A stretch of DNA of 64,000 bases from Auanema rhodensis (lineage: Eukaryota > Animalia > Nematoda): positions 5,766,001 through 5,830,000 of the forward strand of contig OZ059897.1 in the NCBI GenBank assembly GCA_964057225.1, written 5' to 3'. Below, piece after piece: positions 55,077 through 64,000 of this stretch (position 1 is its first letter; every line of letters starts with the position of its first letter). Below the pieces are notes generated by a model, which searched no databases, was not told the DNA's origin, and saw only the letters and a program-made list of their open reading frames with translations. A program made the translations under genes and the position numbers.

Positions 55077-58000
55077 TGGACGTCAAGACGGAAAACGCCG
55101 CCACAGTTGCTAGCGCAGCCGTAGCTGTCAAAGCCGCTGAAGCTGTTTCGTTTCCATTTCTACAGGTTAGTTCATCCTTTTTTTCGTTGTTATCTCTTCG
55201 CGATCGGCTGATTCATATAAAGAACGTCGAGTTTGGCATTCTAGAGTCATTTTTCCGAAATTGAGCTTAAAACTTAGATTTCTATGTCTCCTGCCATTTA
55301 CCCTAGTTTTCTCACATCTTTGAATGTTTCGTTTTCAATATTTCGAGTAATATTGATATTCAAGTGTTGAGCAGAGATTTCTATGATTGAAGCTGTCATC
55401 AGTCCCTTCCAATCTTTTAGAAAAACTTATTCTATCAACTTGAATTTGTATTTACAGAACGGTGTACCTAATGGAAACTTACCCCGAGGACTTTCATTTT
55501 ATGAACCCAACAGTGCGACAATGGCTCAGACAACCAAAGGTAATGGATCAGGTATTGGTTACGATTTCTTTTCATATACATAGTAAAAATCAACAACTAT
55601 GAGAAGTATCTATGCCATTTTCTTTTTGCAATTTCCTCTTTATACTTGAAAGAAAAATTCGGATTTCCCTCTTTTTCTGCCGTTTGCCATCGGATCAGAC
55701 TTCGCGGCTAACGGCTGATGAACATGCCTCCCAAATTTCGGCTCGTCTAAATGAAATTTGGTTCAAGCTGAATAGACGCAAGAAATTTTGCTTCAAGTAG
55801 TCGTTACCTTAAATAGGAAACGGCACAAAAAGAATATATTTCGCCTTTTATTCGTTTTCATTTTCTGAAAACTTACTTACTTTGCCACCGGCTGGAAAAT
55901 TTTCTTTCAAGTATTTTAAAGTTTCAAAGCTTCATCTTTCCTGGCAATTTCATACAGAATATGATAATATGAATGGTTTTCTTTCAAATTTCTAAATATA
56001 TGTTTCAGATGTATTCTCAGGAATGAATCTATCCATGCAAGCGTTTAACAGTTCAGCATCAGTAGCAACAACAGCTGCTTCGCATATTAAGGAAGAACCC
56101 AACAGTGTAACTTTAAAGATTCTTGTGATAGTGAAGAAAATATTCTTGATTTTAGCTACAAGCAACTCAATTCAACATGCCATGTTTCAATTACAATCTT
56201 AAACACGTTATCCCAACTTGTAATCCAAGCACTTTCACAACTCAAGGTAGGAATTTTTGTTTGTTTTTACTATTCTTCTATCGTAAAGTTTGAAGAGATT
56301 TTTGGCATAAAAAACGTTTTGTTGTTCTGCTCACGTTTTTCTCTTCCGTTGTCAATCTATATATCTCTTTTTCTTCTTCCCTGCTACTCTCTCAACCATT
56401 TACTATCTTGCGTTCTCGTCTCTCTCTCTCTCTCTCTTCTACTACATCTCTAGCTAAATCTTAGTTACTACTGTAAATATATTTGAATAGAAAACAGTTC
56501 AAAATAATTTATTCTTGTCTTGTTTGGCGAGTGAATCGTTCCTCGTCGCGCCCCAATGTTCACTATATTTCCTGTTCCATATCCGAACGCTCGGTATGCT
56601 GTAAGCATACGGTAACTCAGATGCATACAACACAGATGGGGTGAAAACGGCGGGTCCCACACAGAAAAACAACCATCACGATCTTGGCAGTTCTTCCTGT
56701 TTTGACGCTCACATCGTTCCATCTCTTTGCGTTTTCATCATTCATTCCTTTCTTTATGATTAAACTGAGAGGATGTAGACGAAGACGAGGCAAAAGTGAA
56801 TTCAAGAAATCAGCTCGGAGCAACAACTCAATTTGCGAATTCTATTCAAGACTATTTAACCTTTGTTTGGCTCTAAAGAATCTGCTTTGTCAAACCTATT
56901 GTGAATTTTTTAGTATAAATCAAGAAAAATGTAAGAGTTTGATCTACAATTGCTGGAGCATGTCCTTAGCCAAACTCAGGGTCAATAGCAGTTTGCAATT
57001 TTAAATAATAGGATAAGCACTATAAGAAAACTAGAAATATTCATAGGAATACAAGAGGAAATAAGAATAAACTATTAAAGTTTTATCTTTTCTCTCTTTT
57101 AAAAATCCTCATTTCAATAGTTTCTGAATATCCATGAAAATCCATGAGTGAATGAGTTGAAGGAGAATAATTTCTCCTCATGCTATAGATGTGTTTCCTT
57201 TGTTTGATAGCTTAATCGCTAGTGAACAGGTTCAAGACACATATGAATCACGGAAAACGGTGGTTTAAGCCAGGTACTCTCTCTTACTTCTATGATCTTT
57301 CACTCTTTCTCTGGCCATCATTCTCCATTTAGTTTTATAGAAGGCATGTGAAGCTGATTTACCCACTCGTTCTCTCTCTTTCTCTCTCTTTCTCTCTTGC
57401 AATCTCCGAAAAAAAGAAAACTTTATATAGGAATATTAAAGGGAGAAACAACAGGAGAGACATAGAGCGAGTGAGAAGGGCAAAATAGACTCCTATTATC
57501 CAGCTTATTATATGCGGCAAAGGATCCCGCAGAATCGTATGTCCCATGCATTCTCTGGGTTACTGTAGAGTCGTCCGACTCAATATTAATGGATAGGATA
57601 CTTGCAGAGTTAGTTGAACCATTCGTCTTCATCTATCCATGCTCCATAACCTCTAACTAATAATACTATATTTATATATTTATTAGGGAAAATGAATAGA
57701 ATTTAGTAAAATAAAAAAGATTTGTAATACATACAATGAAGCATATCTTAACGTATATGTATGAGTTTTGTACTATGATTTCACATAAAAAAAACAAATC
57801 TTTTCTGATTTATTTAAAAGCTAAAAATAGTTTATTTTGACAATTTTTTTAATTAACTTTTCTTGCATTTCTCTGTTATTCTTTTTCATAAAAAATGACA
57901 GGAAATAAAGCTTGCTGCTCATCAGCACTCGTCAAGCCTAGCTCATCCACAATCGTCACAATAAGCTTTGATCTAATAAAAGCTGTGCAGCCGTGATTGA

Positions 58001-58380
58001 CCGTATTAGGCAATTGAGTTGATGTTCGTGTAACTCTCTCCTTCTATCTTTCTCTTTTTATTTCTCTCGATTCCAATAGTTACTTGATAAAGCACACATG
58101 TCAGAGAAAAGTAATGTAAGCTGACATGATGCTCTTCAACATTTTCTTCAAAATCAGATGAATAAACATTTAAAGGGAAAATCATGCGTATGAAAGGTTA
58201 TGACAATTAAAGTTTTTATAACATCATTGAAACTTTCTTCTTGTTTCATAATCTCTGAATTTGAAGATATTTTTTGTGTTTCTGATGATGTAATCTGAAC
58301 TGCTAGGATTGTTGATGAAAAGCCTAGTTAATAGAAGTTGGGAAAGATCTTCAACAATTCTTATTTTCAATTCATGGTAA

Positions 58381-58427
<47 letters not shown>

Positions 58428-59638
58428 GATCTCCATTATTTTTCTTTTGCTTCGCTTTTGCCCAGTCTCAATTTCATGTCAGTTGGGTCGGCTTCGTTTG
58501 AGGGTCACATGAACAACAGAAGGGTATAAACCATTCTTAAGCTTTTAGTTGGGATATTAAACTATTACATCTAGAAATATACAAAATATTATATTAAATA
58601 TATTAACATGAAAAGCTACACTGAAAAATCCAAGAAAACTGCAGCTGGAGCATACGTAGAAAATAATAACCTTCCTGAGAACCCTAATTTAGCTATCTGA
58701 CTGCTAAATGGCCAATTTTTGACTTTTCTTAGTTAGAACAATTTTTCTTCAGTACAGCTGCTCAACATGTTTTTCTTTCTTAATCGTTTCTAACTGTCCA
58801 TTACTCCTGATTTGTTTTCGTTCCAATATGTTTTGTCACCTAATTCAGGTTGTAGCCTTGTGCATCTAGACGACAGGTGGGAGATAGAGTGTTAGTTTCC
58901 AGATTGAGCAGAAGAAAAGAATGATCAAGACAGTCTATAGTCTCGAATAGTCTTGCACATCTGGAAGATACTAAGACGTTAGAGAAATATGAAGAAGAGA
59001 AGAGACAATATGACATGTTAGAGATTTAGAGTGCAAGGTATTAAGAAGAGAAGGCTGACACCTGTAAATGACCTTAACTGGTCATGAATGAAAACAAATT
59101 AGTCACAGTAACATGCTAGCTTGTTACGGTTCTTAGTAAGGTCAATAGGTGATTGAGTTCAATTAGATTAGAATGAAGTCGAGCAGAAGCTAATAGCGAA
59201 TTGCCTGCAGTCGAGCTGATGACCTGAGCTTCTTCTATTCAGTAATTTCATAATATCGTAGTTAATCCATATAACATGATTTATACCGTATACCGAAATT
59301 AATATTGAACTGAATGATGAAATGCCCATAAGCTGTCGTTAACATCAAACCAAATGAAGCAATTCCGTTTCTCCTTCTATACATGCTCCTCTCTCTTGTT
59401 TCTTTTTCGTCTTTCTCTCCAATTCTATTGAACAATTAGCGTGTCATCACATAACAAGAACACTAAATCAGTGCTCTTGTTGACTTTATAAATAGCTTGT
59501 CTTACTCGAGACAAGACATGCAAGCCAATGCTTAAACCTCTTTAGTTCTTCTGATTTTGAAGAACAAGAGACTACTAACGACACTATGCCCTTCTTTAAT
59601 ATGCTATGTAATTATTCCAAGTAAGATTTGGTCATTAG

Positions 59639-59717
<79 letters not shown>

Positions 59718-61205
59718 TTCTCTCTCTCTTTCTTTCTCTTTCTCTCATAGTCCTCTCTCGGGTGCCATGGCATCTTAAGCAGTTTCTCTAATAACTCTCG
59801 TCTTCTTGCCTGTATTCGCTTTTGTCGTTTTATTCACATTCACTCATCTTTGGCGCATCCTTACATCCGGTCTATTGACTAGCAATCAAATTTGGTTTCA
59901 GTATATTCTAAGAAAGAAGCAACTTAAGCTTGATTTTCGTTGACACTTAATATTCTAAACAGTCTAATTTCCTTTTGTTTTCGATAAACTCATATAAGTA
60001 GTTAATTCATCAATTTACTTTTAATTTATTTCAGATCCTTATCAAACTCTTTGCACAACAAGTCGGCAGTTAGCTCATTCAGGTATCATTTTAATTTTTG
60101 AAATTCTGTCAATTAAACATCTGATTTCTAGGCAGTGGCCAAACTCAATTATGGCAATTCTTATTGGAACTCTTATCCGATGCTCGTCATCAAGAAGTGA
60201 TTACCTGGGAAGGAACACAAGGAGAATTTAAACTGGTAGATCCAGATGAAGTTGCTAGGTAACATTTGAATTAAAATAATATTCAATCATTTGAAACATA
60301 AAAAAAGAATAGAATCTTGAATGACCATTACGGTAGTTGAATTCTGGTTCACCAATTTCCGAATCTGAGAATTAATTTTTTGAAGTTTTCCACACAGGAA
60401 ATTAGTGGTGGTATTCTACACCCCAAAATGATATATTTCGTTTCAATAATTTATTGGTGATTCAGTTCTCAGAAATCTATTTTAGTTGGATTTCACTAAA
60501 AACCTAATAGAAATTTGTAGAATTTACATTCACATATCTTTTTCTAAAATAATATTTTTTCAGAAAATGGGGTGAACGAAAATCGAAACCAAACATGAAC
60601 TACGACAAGATGTCACGAGCTCTTCGTTACTATTACGACAAGAATATCATGGCCAAAGTTCATGGAAAGCGATACGCCTACAAATTTGATTTCCAAGGTA
60701 AGCTTAATCAAGCTTTAATCAATATATATTTATAATTAATTTCATTTTAAATATATTTTTGTATCTTATGTAATCATTTGATCTGAATATTTGTCTTTTG
60801 AAGGTATTGCGGCCGCCATTCAGCCCCAAACACCCAGTTCAACATCTACGGATTATCTAGCTGTGAACCGATTACCTCAAGAATTCATGCAAGGGCCATG
60901 GAGTAATTACCGTTCCCTGATTCAGCCAGGATTTCAGGTAAGATATTTATGAAAATAAATTGAATAAAAGTCATTTGTTGTGAAATTAGTGCAAAAAAAA
61001 ACACAAAATATTTGTTCATTTTACAAAAAAATATATAAAAGAAAGAATTCGTATATACAAATGTTATTTACAGACTAGCACCACGTTGTTCACGCCTTCA
61101 AGTATGGGATATGGAAGCTTCTCAACAACTAACAATGCTTCACTACCAACCAGAAACTTTCCATTATATGGTTCAAACATGAGTAATTACTCTAAATGTG
61201 CATAA
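55076..61205 (+). CDS. ast-1: ETS-domain transcription factor of the FLI/ERG/FEV class
   Basis: DPYQ...[21 protein letters not shown]...[65 protein letters not shown]; 9 exons with consistent phases and a ~3.8 kb intron (56247-60034). Confidence 0.93.
58384..58424. repeat. (CT)n microsatellite in the large ast-1 intron
   Basis: About 20 CT units. Confidence 0.95.
59642..59746. repeat. (CT)n microsatellite / polypyrimidine tract in the large ast-1 intron
   Basis: About 34 perfect CT units followed by a degenerate CT tail. Confidence 0.95.
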
Positions 61206-63469
61206 CTGTATGCAAATACTGTGGATACTAAAAAATAACAACAAAAAGTTGTCAAAAACTTCATGTCATCACCGATTACTTGAACTTTTCCTCAAAAAAA
61301 GAAATATTTTCCTGTGTCCTATCAAACTTTTTTAAGATTTCAGTATTTTTAAAATATATGAAATTTTACTCATCACCTCCTGTACCGCAGCTTATTTATA
61401 AAAAAAAATGTTTACATACAAATTAGTATTTAAAATATTTTTCTGTTCCAAAACAGCTGTACTCTAGCTAGTGTTTTCATACTGATCTCCAGTTTTTTTT
61501 CCAGATCTTATTAATTGTATTAATTGTAAAATATTATATAATATACATAATAACTGTACTATATTTATAATAATAATTTTTCATTTATTCTTTTTATAAT
61601 ATTGTTCTGATACTATTCATACTAGTCATTCCTGGAGCCTATTAAAATCTTACTAAAACAATATATATATTTATATTAACTATATGATATATACATATAT
61701 TCAGTAGCTCTCAACATCAACGGGGATATCTAGTACTTCTTTTGTCAATTGTCAGCCCTCATCATCCAATTCTCATACTACGTTTTCCGTTGTAATCGTC
61801 TTCCTCAATTACTTTTCACATAATGTTCAAGAAACAATATATAGCCTCACATACTCATATAACTAATTTTCCAAGGATATTTATTAAACTTATAGAACTT
61901 TTTCCATGTTTTCATTATTTGTACTAATCTCTGTTCAATAAAAGTTGAGAATACAAACATACTTATATATAGATGTAGTTTAATATGTCTTCATTATTGA
62001 ACAGATAGTGTGAAACATTACTCTCAATCTTTAGAAGTTCATTTTACTTTCTTCAACTTTATTCACTAAACAAGTCAAACTTTTCTCTTTCTCTTTCTCT
62101 TTTTTTAAACAAATTTTATTAATAAAATGACTTATTATATATACATATATGTATTTATAAAATTATTAGTTCATTATACATTCATATGTATATTTATACA
62201 TTATTTAATAATTATTTATCATGTTATATAATAACTAAATATATATAATATAATATTCCAAACCAAATGTTTGATAAGATCAGCTCAATATTTCATTCAA
62301 ACATAACAGAAAGTTTCAAGATAATTTTTAAATTTCAAGATCATAAATCTCTCATAATTATTTTAGAAAACGTAATTTTAGTTTAGTTTTATTTCAAAAA
62401 ATATAATATTATATATATATTATTATACATAGTATATTCTACATATTTATTTAAACAAATTTGAAATCTGTTATTTTTGTTCTAAATCTTCTTCTAAATA
62501 GAAATATAACTGTAAATATATAAAAATAAATTATAACTATATGTATGTATGTAAATATATAATATTTACTTTTTTTTTTCAAAGATTTTTAGGATATCTA
62601 ATATATAATTTTATTTTTCGTCTTCTAGATCAACAACGTTTCAATTTTAGAAACAACAATCTTTCTTTCAATATGAAATTATGATATAGTATGTATTTCT
62701 TTGAAATAAAAATAGTCAACATTCTCTTTTTGAGTTTTATTATTATTATTTTATTAAAATTTATTTTATTTTATAATTAAATGAAAATATTTATTTTGAA
62801 AAAGTTTACTTTCAATATAAACTAATAAAATTAATAACATACATAGAATGTATGTAATATGAAATTTATTATAGAAAATAAGTATTTGTTTCTTAGTTTA
62901 TAAACTTTTTTGATAAAAAATAAGATGTGAAATACTTCCTAAACTATTGTTCTATAATTATATGTATAATATATCGTCCTTATTCATTGTATCCAAGTAT
63001 TATGATATCATTTTACATAATCAAAAAAGATATTCCAAGAAATATAAATGAATATTATCTTAACAATATAAATCTTGTAATAGTTGCTAATTTGAACTAT
63101 ATATGTACATAGATTTGTATATTTAACTATAAAACAACTACAATTCTAATGTACGTACTGTATAACAACATTCATGTAATTTAGAGAATGCATTTATTAG
63201 TCTTAATCAAATAATATTCTTCATATATAATATATAAGATGAATTTTTAATTTTTATTTCATTCAAATCAGAGATCCTGAGATAACTTTAGATTAAAATA
63301 TGAGAATATTCTCAATACTTTGACAATTAAATGAAACAAACGTAGTTGGCAATATTTGCAATTATTACTCTATATCACAATGATTTATATATGTATATTC
63401 ATATAATGTGTTAGCATTTTATTTTTAATTTTCTATATTTCTCGCATTCTCTCTCATTGTATGTACATC

Positions 63470-63523
63470 TTTCTTTCTTTCCTTTTCCCTCCCTCTCTCT
63501 CTCTCTCTATCTCTCTCTCTCTA

Positions 63524-63555
<32 letters not shown>

Positions 63556-63572
63556 GTTCTTCTTTTCTTTCT
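63470..63572. repeat. Imperfect (CT)n tract
   Basis: CT-rich low-complexity run. Confidence 0.9.
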
Positions 63573-64000
63573 GCAATTTCTCGCCTTTGATGACTCGTTC
63601 GTTCCGCACAATATGCTTACAATTTTCACGAGCGATATACAGAATATTCACACACTCACGTCAGAATTCAAATACTTCTGTATAAATTATAAATTTATTT
63701 ATTTTTCTTTTATAGAATTATCTAAATGAAGGATTAAAAAGCAGCGGCGTGATTGGCTTGTTGTTCGATTGTACTGATCCTACCCATGTTTTCTTGCAAC
63801 AATTCCTCTTTAGACTGTTATCAAATTGCTCAACATATTTTATCCAAAACAACTGGTGGAATGAGTCCGTATCTCAATGCTTCGCTTGTCTTAATTGTAA
63901 TATTTTAATTAATTTAGCTATAATTATGCTTATTTGTACTCCGAGTCATAGTAATGCTTTAGATTGCTGTACCTGGCTTTGTTTTCAATATGTTCTCTAT

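Noticed and set aside
56250-60030. ORFs inside the large ast-1 intron (ERERER / SLSLSL)
   Set aside because: Translations of CT microsatellites or random frames
61300-64000. Very AT-rich tail with short ORFs
   Set aside because: Low complexity; no gene structure, tRNA, rRNA or array seen

Overview
AT-rich eukaryotic genomic DNA with ~45-nt GT-AG introns, TTTCAG acceptors and trans-splice-like acceptors just before start codons. This points to a rhabditid nematode, but the species cannot be determined from the sequence. I spliced the genes by eye. In order: 3' end of a membrane protein with PPxY motifs; pecanex (-); sgt-1 (+); a BC-box/LRR protein (-); a cluster of four Hairy/E(spl)-related bHLH genes; two tandem hotdog-fold thioesterases; eIF2D (-); a probable operon (NDUFB6, a coiled-coil protein resembling OFD1, a PXYLP1-like phosphatase, ATG4); a TWK two-pore K+ channel fused to two FN3 domains (-); and the ETS gene ast-1 (+). 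The most unusual part is 15.5-29 kb. A ~7.6 kb palindrome with two ~3 kb near-identical arms carries three single-bHLH + zipper genes ending in WHPWE. They share an identical last exon, but the central copy has diverged bHLH exons. The arms are rich in LAG-1/CSL (RTGGGAA) sites and each 3'UTR has a K-box. About 6 kb away is a canonical bHLH-Orange HES gene ending in VWQPYL. Together this looks like a young, Enhancer-of-split-complex-like locus. All homology calls are from motif recognition and memory; no searches were run.
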